A stretch of 64,000 bases of DNA from contig ONAB01000005.1 of the NCBI GenBank assembly GCA_900315705.1, positions 48,510 through 112,509 of the forward strand, in the 5' to 3' direction. Position numbers and translations under genes: made by a program. The notes under the pieces are model-generated. The model was not told where the DNA came from, ran no database searches, and was given only the letters and a program-made list of their open reading frames with translations. This stretch comes from an uncultured Bacteroidales bacterium. Lineage in GTDB: Bacteria; Bacteroidota; Bacteroidia; Bacteroidales; WCHB1-69. The first letter of the stretch is position 1, and every line of letters begins with the position of its first letter. This document shows positions 40,703 to 49,646 of this stretch, piece by piece.

Positions 40703-41196
40703 TCACACCTCAAACGGCCACTTCAGCACGAAATCGTCCGGGGTGAGTTTTATGCCGTAGCGGGGGTTGCCGTAACGGTCCGTCCCCATAATCTCAATAC
40801 TGTAGCATTTTCCCCATTTGTACTTGATGACATAATTGTCGAAAAACTTGTCGAGATGGTGTACTGCGTCTGCCCGTCCTTGCGGGGCTGGAAGAAATCG
40901 AAGGTGCCCACCTTCATCACATCGGTGATTTCTGAGAGGTGGAGCGCCGGGTTGACGCAGATGCGCGCGAAGTCGGCGGGCAGCTGATGGGCGTACATAC
41001 CGCCCATACTCGTGCCGATGATGACGCTGAAATGCTCCCCCTCGCAAAGCTGCTTGAGGAACAGCAGCGCCTCCGCCGGATCGACAGGAATGTCGGGGGC
41101 TTCGATGTGATAGTAATCTGGCAGGGACTTTTTCAGGTATTCCACGGTGCTGCTCTGCCCTGACGAGCCGTATCCGTGCAGGTATAGGATTTTCAT
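40703..41196 (-). pseudogene. chimeric / frameshifted gene: YqiA-like esterase N-terminal fragment joined to a 50-aa C-terminal module of the 52953-54131 family
   Basis: Frame A (41196->40750) gives MKILYLHGYGSSGQSS...GTSMGGMY (alpha/beta-hydrolase nucleophile elbow) but lacks the Asp/His part. Frame B (to 40703) encodes HLDKFFDNYVIKYKWGKCYSIEIMGTDRYGNPRYGIKL, homologous to the C-terminus of the 392-aa protein. Confidence 0.65.
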
Positions 41197-41202
41197 TGTT
41201 TT

Positions 41203-41258
41203 GCGATTGGTGATTAGTGAACAGTGATCAGTGATTAGTTATTAGTGATTAGTAAATT
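41203..41258. repeat. tandem heptamer array (GTGATTA family, 8 units)
   Basis: GCGATTG GTGATTA GTGAACA GTGATCA GTGATTA GTTATTA GTGATTA GTAAATT. It lies in the 5' leader between the -7 box (41270-41277) and the start codon (41196). Confidence 0.9.
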
Positions 41259-41269
41259 GTTTCACGTGG

Positions 41270-41277
41270 CAAAAATA
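41270..41277 (-). promoter_or_regulatory. -7 box (TATTTTTG) for the chimeric esterase gene
   Basis: On the - strand, TATTTTTGCCACGTGAAAC is preceded by GCTACTCGCAAAA (41304-41316). Confidence 0.6.
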
Positions 41278-41349
41278 GTTCGTTTTTTTTGAAATACGGG
41301 TTATTTTGCGAGTAGCGGATTTTTCCCGCTCTCGCGGTGGCATGCATGA

Positions 41350-41391
41350 AGCCAACGGCCAACAGCTAAAAGCTAACAGCTAACAGCCGAT
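41350..41391. repeat. tandem heptamer array (AGCTAAC/AGCCAAC family, 6 units)
   Basis: AGCCAAC GGCCAAC AGCTAAA AGCTAAC AGCTAAC AGCCGAT. It ends 2 nt from the stop codon of the AAA ATPase gene. Confidence 0.9.
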
Positions 41392-41393
41392 CC

Positions 41394-43145
41394 TCAGCAC
41401 GCGAACCCGATTGTGTTCCCGCCCTTGCGCGTCAGTTTCTCGCCCTTGCACCAGGCCTCCAGCATCTCCACTGTGGGACGGTTGCCGCTCAGCACCTCCT
41501 CCATATAGCTCTTGCGCACGATGTTGTCAATCTCGCCGCCCGAGAGGTCGTATCTCGCCGCCAGCTTACCGCAATCCTCTTCCGGGAGCCACGGGAGCTT
41601 GCTCTTCCAGATGGACTTCTTGGCATCGGTGGTCGGCTGCCCGAACTTCACCTTGAAGAGGAAGCGGCGCTCGAAGGCACTGTCGAAGTTGTCGCACAGG
41701 TTGGTGGTGGCGATGAGGATGCCGTCCAGCGTCTCCATCTCCTCCAAGAGGATGTTCTGCAGGGCGTTCTCAGTCTGGGCGCAGTTGCCGGAATCCACGT
41801 CGCGGCGCTTGCTGAAGAGCGCGTCGGCCTCGTTGAACAGCAGGATGGGCTTGCGCTCCTCGGTCTCGCACATACGGCGGTAGTCAGTAAAGATTCTCTT
41901 GAAGAGTTTCTCGCTCTCGCCGAACCAGCAGGTCTTGGAGGCGGCGATATCGACGTGATAGACGCTGCGGCCCGTAGCCTTGGCAATCATATCCACCGCG
42001 GCGGTCTTGCCGGTGCCGGGCAGCCCGTGGAAGAGCATCGCCACGCCCTTGGGCAGCGAGTTTTCCTCCAAGCGCTTCTGCAACGCCACGAAGGCATCCT
42101 CCTGCAGACTCTGCTTCACGAAGTCAATATCGCGTGACAGCTCCTCACCGAAGAACAGTTCGCGGGCGGGAATCTTGTCGGGCGACATCAGGCGGGTGTC
42201 GGTGCCGCCCTTGGAGCAGAACAGGTCATAGTCATCCTCCAAGAAGAGGCGCTTGCCCTTTTCAGTCAGCGCGAGCTCGGCCTCGGCAAGGAAGCGGGCG
42301 GGGAGCAACTCCACCAAATCCGCCGTGATGACCGCGTGGCTCTTGTTCATAATGGCCTTGGCCACCTGTATCTTTTCACGGTTGTTGTCATAGATATCAT
42401 CCAGGGTGCATTCCACTCCAGTGCAATCGCGGCGGCGGCGACTGCTCATATAATCGTCGCAAATCTCGTAAAAGAGGGTGCGGTCCTCCACTCCGGGGAA
42501 CACTTTTTTGAGTTCCTTCACCAACTTGAGACGACTATGCTCCTCTTCTTTTTCCTCAACCATCGAGAAGAGCATTTCCGTCTCGATTTCGCCCTCGCTG
42601 CGATTGTCGATAAGGTTGGAGATGCAAGCACAGAACTTGAAACGGTCCATCTCGAAGGGTTTCAGCTTCTTCAACGGCTTGTTCGACAGCAGAGCATTCT
42701 CCACCGCGCCACTCACCACATACTCGTCACGGTTGTGCCTCTGGTTGGCCACCCGGATAAGCTGTTTGTGCAGGAGGGAGTTAAGACTGTTCTTCAGCGG
42801 CAGAAAATCGAGGGCGGTAATGTCAAGATAGCGGCAGATGTCGGGCACATCGACCACGCTGTTGCGGATCAGGCGAATGGCATAGACGGTCACGAGAAGG
42901 ATGGTTTCCGCGGGTGTGGTTTTCAAGAAACGGCTGAGGTGGTCGATTTCCTCACGGAGTTCCGTTTCAACGTATTGGATGTCCACGGGCAGGTCCTTCT
43001 TGTTGCGTCTGCAGAGATCCCCGTCGTAGGCTTTGCCCAAATCGGGTTCATAGAGGCGGAAGATCTCGTAGCGGGAGTCTTCCAACAGTTTGGCGATGTC
43101 GGTCACGGCGGCGATGGCGTTGAAGGTTTTGTTGTTCTTTTGCAT
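41394..43145 (-). CDS. classical AAA ATPase with ~330-aa N-terminal domain of unknown function
   Basis: Walker A GLPGTGKT, Walker B ILLFNEADALF, and a second region of homology around TTNLCDNFDSAFERRF. Confidence 0.8.
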   Translation of the reverse strand: MQKNNKTFNAIAAVTDIAKLLEDSRYEIFRLYEPDLGKAYDGDLCRRNKKDLPVDIQYVETELREEIDHLSRFLKTTPAETILLVTVYAIRLIRNSVVDVPDICRYLDITALDFLPLKNSLNSLLHKQLIRVANQRHNRDEYVVSGAVENALLSNKPLKKLKPFEMDRFKFCACISNLIDNRSEGEIETEMLFSMVEEKEEEHSRLKLVKELKKVFPGVEDRTLFYEICDDYMSSRRRRDCTGVECTLDDIYDNNREKIQVAKAIMNKSHAVITADLVELLPARFLAEAELALTEKGKRLFLEDDYDLFCSKGGTDTRLMSPDKIPARELFFGEELSRDIDFVKQSLQEDAFVALQKRLEENSLPKGVAMLFHGLPGTGKTAAVDMIAKATGRSVYHVDIAASKTCWFGESEKLFKRIFTDYRRMCETEERKPILLFNEADALFSKRRDVDSGNCAQTENALQNILLEEMETLDGILIATTNLCDNFDSAFERRFLFKVKFGQPTTDAKKSIWKSKLPWLPEEDCGKLAARYDLSGGEIDNIVRKSYMEEVLSGNRPTVEMLEAWCKGEKLTRKGGNTIGFAC

Positions 43146-43178
43146 AGTTGTGTATTTTTAATGATGATTAAACGTTGG

Positions 43179-43186
43179 CAAAAATA
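43179..43186 (-). promoter_or_regulatory. -7 box (TATTTTTG) for the AAA ATPase gene
   Basis: It lies 33 nt upstream of ATG 43145. A second box, CTCTTTTGCATCGTGAAAC, at 43238-43245 and GCTACTCGCAA at 43273-43283 lie further upstream. Confidence 0.55.
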
Positions 43187-43309
43187 AAGCACAGGTGTGC
43201 CAATGCACGGCACAGTGTTTGTTTTTGTTTCACGATGCAAAAGAGAAAAAAATAGGAATTTGGGGGTGAAAATTGCGAGTAGCAGGAAATATTCCTTCGA
43301 GGTGCTTGG

Positions 43310-44608
43310 CTATCCCCTATCGAAATAAACCTCTGCCCCATAAAGCGGGACATTCGTCATACGCTCCTGTTCGCGATACGGACTCATAGAGAACCGTATG
43401 CCGTGCGCGGTGTCGTTCTGCCCTAAGAAAGCACTCAGCGACTTCGATTTCAGATTCTCTTCGGACTTCACTTCTATCGGAACAATTCTCGAACCATCTT
43501 GTATCATAAAATCAATTTCCAGCGGACTGTTCTCCTTACTATAATAAAAAATGGCTTGTTCAACGCTCGCTGCCAGCTGGGTGCACACAAAATTCTCGGT
43601 GAGCATTCCTTTGCCTTCTTTCATCTCGTTGGGAAGAATCAGCGAAGCCGGATCTATCTCCGCCATTGCCCCGAGTAAACCGACATCAAACAGGTATAGT
43701 TTAAACGCAGACAAATCCTCGTATATCTTCAACGGCATTCGAGGGCTGCTTGCCCGTCCCACCCTGATGACAAGTCCTGCATCAATGAGCCACTGGATTG
43801 CCATCTCGAATTCTTTAGCCCGCCCGCCTTTCTTGGCCACGCCGTATATGAACTTCTTGTTCTCCTTGGACAACTGCGACGGCATAGAACGCCAAACTAT
43901 TCCTATACGTTTTGCCTCCTCGCTGGTGGTGTGTTTGGCAATGTCGTTACGGTACGCCAGCAATATTTTGTTCTGAATCCTTCTGATGTTATTAGGGTCG
44001 TTGGTTTTCAGATAATTTTTCACTACCTCCGGCATTCCTCCCACCAAATAGTACTCGCGCAACATCTGGACAAGTGTCGGATGCAGGGTTGTCAAGGTGT
44101 ACCAGTCTTTTTTCTTCAGAAGTTCCGCCATCATATCCTGTCCACGAGCAATGAGAAATTCCGAGAAGGTCATAGGATACATCTTTATTATGTCAACCTT
44201 CCCAACAGGAAAAGACGTGCCGTGTTGCAACGTTATTCCGAGTAGCGATCCAGCAACACATACGTGATATTCCGGCGTGTTCTCACAAAAGTATTTCAAA
44301 GAATTCAGACCTCTTTGCAATTCTTGAATTTCATCGAGGATGATCAACGTATCTCCAGGAACAACAGGTACTTTGGTAATAGCCGAAATTGCTAATAAGA
44401 CACGCTCCATATTGAAATCCTGTGCAAACAGGCTTTTGGCCTGTTCATTTTCGTCACAGTTGATATATGCGACATACTTATAGTATTGTTTCCCAAACGC
44501 CAATAAACTATACGTTTTGCCCACTTGTCGCGCACCAAGTACAACAAGAGGCTTTCTTTCATCTGATTTCTTCCATTCAACCAACTGATTTACAACATTT
44601 CTAAACAT
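43310..44608 (-). CDS. AAA_14 + DUF4143 ATPase
   Basis: LVVLGARQVGKTY P-loop, with the typical DUF4143 C-terminal half (EIDFMIQDGSRIVPIEVKSEE). Confidence 0.8.
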   Translation of the reverse strand: MFRNVVNQLVEWKKSDERKPLVVLGARQVGKTYSLLAFGKQYYKYVAYINCDENEQAKSLFAQDFNMERVLLAISAITKVPVVPGDTLIILDEIQELQRGLNSLKYFCENTPEYHVCVAGSLLGITLQHGTSFPVGKVDIIKMYPMTFSEFLIARGQDMMAELLKKKDWYTLTTLHPTLVQMLREYYLVGGMPEVVKNYLKTNDPNNIRRIQNKILLAYRNDIAKHTTSEEAKRIGIVWRSMPSQLSKENKKFIYGVAKKGGRAKEFEMAIQWLIDAGLVIRVGRASSPRMPLKIYEDLSAFKLYLFDVGLLGAMAEIDPASLILPNEMKEGKGMLTENFVCTQLAASVEQAIFYYSKENSPLEIDFMIQDGSRIVPIEVKSEENLKSKSLSAFLGQNDTAHGIRFSMSPYREQERMTNVPLYGAEVYFDRG

Positions 44609-44631
44609 ACGATATACATTTTTTCACGATG

Positions 44632-44639
44632 CAAAAATA
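44632..44639 (-). promoter_or_regulatory. -7 box (TATTTTTG) for the DUF4143 ATPase
   Basis: TATTTTTGCATCGTGAAAA on the - strand, 23 nt upstream of the ATG. Confidence 0.6.
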
Positions 44640-44767
44640 CAAAAAAATTAACGAACAACATTATTCTCATTACAAAAAAATGAACGAATAATCACTATCA
44701 CACAACACTTTTATGAACGTATGATATGGGTTGCAGATGGAAACTTGTACCAGCTCGAAAAAAAACG

Positions 44768-44775
44768 TACCTTTG
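44768..44775 (+). promoter_or_regulatory. -7 box (TACCTTTG), candidate rtcB-prfH promoter
   Basis: This is the only TAnnTTTG box on the + strand upstream of rtcB. It implies a 225-260-nt leader containing a 10-bp hairpin (44936-44959) and a heptamer array. Confidence 0.45.
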
Positions 44776-44967
44776 CAGCCCGAAAGTTGAACCCCTGATT
44801 TCAAAAAGAAAGGAGCGCAACAATGAGAATAAAGAACGACAACATCCGATAAGAACAATTCTGTTTCAAGCTGTTACAGATATTGTGGCGAACATTGAAC
44901 GTGTCCGCCGTTTTTAGCATTTATCATTTTTAACCGATACAGAAATGCTTTTCTGTGTCAATAATCA

Positions 44968-45030
44968 GGCCAAAAGCTAACCGCCAATAGCCAAAAGCTA
45001 ATGGCCAATAGCCGACAGCCAATAGCAAGA
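44968..45030. repeat. tandem heptamer array (AGCCAAT/AGCTAAY family, 9 units)
   Basis: GGCCAAA AGCTAAC CGCCAAT AGCCAAA AGCTAAT GGCCAAT AGCCGAC AGCCAAT AGCAAGA. It ends 3 nt before ATG 45034 and contains ATG 45001. Confidence 0.9.
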
Positions 45031-46431
45031 AAAATGGGCAATTTAAAGAAAGAACTTACCAGAATGGGGGTCACCGATAATGTGCTCCGCAGCCGGATAT
45101 TGGAGTTCGTGAAACAGGAGGGCAAACACCTCAGCTCTGAACAGATCCTGTCGCTGCTGCAGGACTTTGTCGCACACCCCGAACAATACAAACAACACCA
45201 AAACCCGAGCTGGCGGGCGTTAGCGGAAATGCTGTCGCCGGAAGTGACAACCGCACAACACCACGAACTGCGGGAGGCGCCTCTCCCCTACTCCGTGTTC
45301 GGACGCAATCTCATCGACCCGCTGGCATTCCGGCAGATGGACACGGCAATGCGGCTGCCCGTCACCGAGGCGGGCGCGCTGATGCCTGACGCGCACGCAG
45401 GCTACGGACTTCCCGTGGGCGGCGTGCTGTCCACTCGCAACGCCGTGCTCCCCTACGCCGTGGGGCTCGACATCGGCTGCCGGATGTCGCTCACCCTCCT
45501 CGACGCACCCGGCAGCCACATCCACGATCACCACGGCCGAATCGAGAAGGTGCTGTGGGAGAACACCGCCTTCGGGATGGAGGGCGTGCTACCGTTCAAG
45601 CAGTACCACCCGCTCTTCGACCGTGAGGAGTGGCGCACCATCCCGGTTCTCAAGAAGCTGAGAGACAAGGCCATCCGGCAGTTGGGCACCAGCGGCGGCG
45701 GCAACCACTTCGTCGATATCTGCGAGGTGCGTTTGGACGCCGACAACCCGTTGACGTTAGCGGCGGGAAGCTATACGGCCATCCTGTCGCACTCTGGCAG
45801 CCGGGGTCTCGGGGCGGCCATCGCCGAGCACTTCACAGCCATCGCCAAAGCGCAGTGCCAGCTGCCCTGCGAGGCCGGACCGTTCGCGTGGCTCGACCTC
45901 GACAGTGAGGAGGGCGTGATGTACTGGCGATGTATGGAGATTGCCGGCGAGTACTCGGCGGTCTGCCACGAACTGATACACCGGAACGTGGCGCAGGGAA
46001 TGCGGCTGCAACCCTTAGCCAACGTGAGCAACCATCACAACTTCGCGTGGCGGGAAACGCTGACCGACGGCTCGGAAGTGATCGTACACCGCAAGGGCGC
46101 CACCCCCGCACACAAGGGCGAGCTGGGCATCATCCCTGCCAATATGACCGACGCCGGGCTATTAGTGACCGGTCTCGGCTGCGAAGAAGCCCTCTGCTCG
46201 GCCAGTCACGGGGCGGGAAGGGCGATGTCGCGGCAGGAGGCGCGGAACAGCTTCAGTCGCTATGCCCTCAACCGGCAGTTGGCGCAGCGGGGTGTCACGC
46301 TGTTAGGCGGCTCCACCGAGGAGGCCCCCGACGCCTACAAATCCATCGACGAGGTGCTAGCCGCCTCTAAAAAATTAATCAAAGTGGTGGGGAGAATCCA
46401 TCCCCGCATTGTAAGAATGAACCAAGAATAA
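45001..46431 (+). CDS. rtcB: RtcB-family RNA 3'-phosphate ligase (PrfH-associated type)
   Basis: DAHAGYGLPVGGV, GGGNHF, HSGSRGLG, HHNFAW, HRKGAT and SASHGAGR motifs. The alternative start at 45034 (MGNLKK) would place the whole heptamer array in the leader. Confidence 0.9.
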   Translation: MANSRQPIARKMGNLKKELTRMGVTDNVLRSRILEFVKQEGKHLSSEQILSLLQDFVAHPEQYKQHQNPSWRALAEMLSPEVTTAQHHELREAPLPYSVFGRNLIDPLAFRQMDTAMRLPVTEAGALMPDAHAGYGLPVGGVLSTRNAVLPYAVGLDIGCRMSLTLLDAPGSHIHDHHGRIEKVLWENTAFGMEGVLPFKQYHPLFDREEWRTIPVLKKLRDKAIRQLGTSGGGNHFVDICEVRLDADNPLTLAAGSYTAILSHSGSRGLGAAIAEHFTAIAKAQCQLPCEAGPFAWLDLDSEEGVMYWRCMEIAGEYSAVCHELIHRNVAQGMRLQPLANVSNHHNFAWRETLTDGSEVIVHRKGATPAHKGELGIIPANMTDAGLLVTGLGCEEALCSASHGAGRAMSRQEARNSFSRYALNRQLAQRGVTLLGGSTEEAPDAYKSIDEVLAASKKLIKVVGRIHPRIVRMNQE

Positions 46432-46437
46432 ACGATT

Positions 46438-47061
46438 ATGCAAAAGACTTATATTCAGATAACATCGGGTCGCGGCCCCGAAGAGTGTTGCCGCGTGGTG
46501 GTTTTGGTGATGCAGAAGCTGATGCAGCAGGCCGCCGAACAAAATCTATCGTGCAAACTGATTGACTACGAACCCGGGCCGAGCAACGGTTGTATGTTCT
46601 CGGCCACGCTGTCGGCGGAGGGCGACGAGGCAGTGTTGTCCGCGTTCGCCTCCGCGTGGGAAGGCTCAGTGTTGTGGGTGGCGCAGAAGAACCCCTTCCG
46701 TCCGTGGCACCGCCGCAAGAACTGGTTCGTGGGGGTGCACTTCATCGCCCCGATGCAGGCGCAACAGGTCGATGAGCGGCAGATTGTCTATGAGACGCAC
46801 CGCGCCTCCGGTCCGGGCGGGCAGAACGTCAACAAGGTGGAGACGGCGGTGCGGGCCACCTACCTGCCTACGGGTCTGAGCGTGACGGCCACCGACGAGC
46901 GGTCGCAGCTGCGCAACAAGCAGTTGGCGAAAGAGCGGCTGCTGATGCGCCTTGCCGCCGACCACAAGGCCGCGCGAGCCCAGCGCGAGCGCGACGTCTG
47001 GATGAACCACAACACGCTCGAGCGGGGGAATCCGGTGAAGAAGTTCAAGGGGGATTTGTGA
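46438..47061 (+). CDS. prfH: peptide chain release factor H
   Basis: 207 aa, [19 protein letters not shown] (GGQ), lacking the codon-recognition domains of RF1/RF2. It starts 6 nt after rtcB. Confidence 0.9.
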   Translation: MQKTYIQITSGRGPEECCRVVVLVMQKLMQQAAEQNLSCKLIDYEPGPSNGCMFSATLSAEGDEAVLSAFASAWEGSVLWVAQKNPFRPWHRRKNWFVGVHFIAPMQAQQVDERQIVYETHRASGPGGQNVNKVETAVRATYLPTGLSVTATDERSQLRNKQLAKERLLMRLAADHKAARAQRERDVWMNHNTLERGNPVKKFKGDL

Positions 47062-47067
47062 GAGGGG

Positions 47068-47207
47068 GGCTGTTAGCTGTTAGCTGTTAGCTGTTAGCTG
47101 TTAGCTATTAGCTATTAGCTATTAGCTATTAGCTATTGGCTATTAGCTATTAGCTATTGGCTGTTAGCTATTAGCTATTGGCTGTTAGCTATTTGTTGTT
47201 GGCTGTT
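47068..47207. repeat. tandem heptamer array (AGCTGTT/AGCTATT family, 20 units)
   Basis: Five AGCTGTT-type units are followed by AGCTATT/GGCTATT/GGCTGTT variants. It starts 6 nt after the prfH stop. It is the reverse-complement family of the arrays at 41350 and 44968. Confidence 0.95.
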
Positions 47208-47252
47208 AGCGGCAGGGGCGAGGGACTTGAAGCACAAATGACGTGATCGCTT

Positions 47253-48638
47253 TTACGATTGTCTGTTTCCAAGCTTATCAATGATAAACACTTCACCATT
47301 CTTCTTCACTTCGTATCTTCTTCCTTTTTCGTCAATATCTTCATATTCCATAGGCACCTGTTCCACACCTTGTTTGTTTACAAGACCATATACAAAGTTG
47401 CCATTCTTGTCACGATTTCTTACCTTACACAATCCATTCTTGTCAAAACGCCATATACAGTCATATTGGAATGGCGTAATATAATTCAGTTGCGAGTCAA
47501 TGATGCCATATTTGCCATTTCTCTTTAATTCATAATAGCCATCGCCACAACTTTCTATTACCGGTGTATTGTCCTCCTTAAGAACAGGAATACCATTAAC
47601 GGATGTCAACTCCTTGTGTTGAGGGGAAACCGTTACCGGAACTGATGTGAAAAGTTCTTCAAGATGATAATTATGATGACCTTTCACAAAGTCTTTGCCA
47701 AGATACAAATGTTGAATATCGTGGAGATCACTATGCATATCGTATAGATGACGATGATAAAAATAATCCATTTCAAATCTCCAATCTCCATTGAGCCCTA
47801 ATGTTTTCGTCGCATCATCCCAGAAATAGGTTGGCGGAACATTAAAAACGGGCGTCCATTTTCCTCCAGGACCTTGACTATTGACATTTACAGAATCACT
47901 CTCCATTGGCATAGAAATTCGGCCGGTAGAGAGCAGTTCAAATTCGCCAATAGACACTTTATACTCTTCAAGATATTTGCCATAGGACCGATCCCCGTCA
48001 AAATATTGGTCCATAATGAATGCACCATAGCGGTAGCAACATTTTTTACCGCTTACTTCTTTATGTGCCCAATCGTAATAGGGACTGTGGGTTTTCCACA
48101 GATACAACAGCATCCCGAACTCGGCCAAAGGTTCTTCCACAAACATCGCGTATGGATAATTCTCGTGTCCAGGACGGTTGAAATAAGCGTGCATAACCTC
48201 GTGAGCGAAGGTCGATACCAGATATTCATCCATCTTGCCTGTATCGGCATCCGCCATCGCCTCCGGGAACAGTTTGATGATGTTATTCTGACTGTCATAT
48301 AGACCGAGTAATCTCATCGCAGAATGTGCCTTTCGTTCTATATTTAGCTTCCAAATTTTCACTTCAGCCTTTTGGCATTCATTACGTAAAGACTCATCCT
48401 CTCTACTCATTTCGTAGAGTTTCTTATATACCTTTCTCCAATACTCAATGGCTTTGTCGTAATAGCTGTCCACCACGCGTTCGGGTTTGCCCGGCTCAAT
48501 GAAAACACCCACTTTTAACTTGGTGAGGATGTCGTCCAGCGACACAAAGTCGCCCAGCATAAAGGGTTTGCTGGCAGATTTTTCCAACAAATCCACCTGT
48601 TTTGTGGTTAACAAATTGTCTTTGTTTGAAATTCTCAT
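47253..48638 (-). CDS. predicted zincin metallopeptidase (HExxH-X18-E) with C-terminal WG repeats
   Basis: FAHEVMHAYF (nt 48189-48203) with EE 18-19 residues downstream (FVEEPLAEF) is a gluzincin pattern. The C-terminal ~95 aa show KWG/WG beta-repeat signatures (NGKYGIID..., NFVYGLVNKQG...). It is AT-rich. Confidence 0.6.
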   Translation of the reverse strand: MRISNKDNLLTTKQVDLLEKSASKPFMLGDFVSLDDILTKLKVGVFIEPGKPERVVDSYYDKAIEYWRKVYKKLYEMSREDESLRNECQKAEVKIWKLNIERKAHSAMRLLGLYDSQNNIIKLFPEAMADADTGKMDEYLVSTFAHEVMHAYFNRPGHENYPYAMFVEEPLAEFGMLLYLWKTHSPYYDWAHKEVSGKKCCYRYGAFIMDQYFDGDRSYGKYLEEYKVSIGEFELLSTGRISMPMESDSVNVNSQGPGGKWTPVFNVPPTYFWDDATKTLGLNGDWRFEMDYFYHRHLYDMHSDLHDIQHLYLGKDFVKGHHNYHLEELFTSVPVTVSPQHKELTSVNGIPVLKEDNTPVIESCGDGYYELKRNGKYGIIDSQLNYITPFQYDCIWRFDKNGLCKVRNRDKNGNFVYGLVNKQGVEQVPMEYEDIDEKGRRYEVKKNGEVFIIDKLGNRQS

Positions 48639-48717
48639 GTATTACAGCAATTTCCTACACATCGCGAGGTTTTTAAGTTATTTTAATCAAAATATCTTCA
48701 AAGTTTTCACTATGTAT

Positions 48718-49560
48718 TTATTTTCGATACTCATAGTGAGATACACCACCTATATAAAGTTTTCTCATTTTGGCAATAGTTATTCTTTTTTTTCTGCAAA
48801 GTTTTTCAAAATCAGTCCAATATGAACATATTCCATACTGTCTAAACTGCGTATATGTGTGGACGCTGATTCCATCCGAAGTTTTGACTTTTATATTCTT
48901 AGATTTACTGCGCACTTTGTCTTCGACAAACTTTCCCCAATACTGTTTAAGTTGCTCAAATGTTATATTTTTGTGTTTATTTAAATAAAATTTTATGGCC
49001 TCGGCTGCAGCTTCTCCCATAGACTTACATTCCTTTCCATTGACTTCAAAATGATCCCTTTTGTCAAATTGTTGAATCTCAATGGTGTTTTGTTCTGGAT
49101 CAATGAAAATTCCAACCACACTTGAACTTCTATTAATCTTTTTAATAATTTCATTGCCATATCGAAGATACTTCTCACAAGCATTTTTCCCCTTCTGGGT
49201 ATCAGGATAAAGAATAGCAACATATTGAATAGGATTCTTCAATCCCAACAACGCTAGTCTAGAGAGTAATTTCTTGGATAACTGATCAGCACGTGTGGCA
49301 TCAATTTCAATAACCCAATCAGGAACCCCTTTCGCCTGTCCCAATATATCAACAGAATCTTTCTCAGAACGCCCTCTTGCAGTTTTCTCTATCTCCCATT
49401 TATATCCATTGGGGGTTTTATTGAGTTCTTCATTAATTTTATTCTGAAACTCTTCTACCTTTGAATGGTCAATAGTTTTGCTTTTTCTAGCAGATTTTAA
49501 AATATGCAATTGTTTTTTGATTGCTTCACATAAATTCTCGATATTCATATCATTATCCAT
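48718..49560 (-). CDS. hypothetical protein with possible restriction-endonuclease-like core
   Basis: 280 aa. The DSVDILG-X9-WVIEIDATR segment resembles a degenerate PD-(D/E)xK core. The C-terminal half is unknown. It is AT-rich. Confidence 0.45.
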   Translation of the reverse strand: MDNDMNIENLCEAIKKQLHILKSARKSKTIDHSKVEEFQNKINEELNKTPNGYKWEIEKTARGRSEKDSVDILGQAKGVPDWVIEIDATRADQLSKKLLSRLALLGLKNPIQYVAILYPDTQKGKNACEKYLRYGNEIIKKINRSSSVVGIFIDPEQNTIEIQQFDKRDHFEVNGKECKSMGEAAAEAIKFYLNKHKNITFEQLKQYWGKFVEDKVRSKSKNIKVKTSDGISVHTYTQFRQYGICSYWTDFEKLCRKKRITIAKMRKLYIGGVSHYEYRK

Positions 49561-49646
49561 TTCAAATTTACTTTATAATTTTTATTCGACATTTTACTTA
49601 TAATGCCACATTATGATTAGAGTATTGTAATTTACATATACATTTC

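Noticed and set aside
43200-43225. CGGCAC-AGTGT-TTGTT on the + strand, a third sigma-54-like string.
   Set aside because: The -24 half is imperfect (CGGCAC), no + strand gene lies downstream, and it sits inside the promoter region of a - strand gene.
44823-44852. A 9-codon ORF (MRIKNDNIR) in the rtcB leader after an AAGGAG-like sequence, a possible leader peptide.
   Set aside because: It is too short to evaluate without conservation data. Bacteroidota do not rely on Shine-Dalgarno pairing, so the AAGGAG is not supportive.
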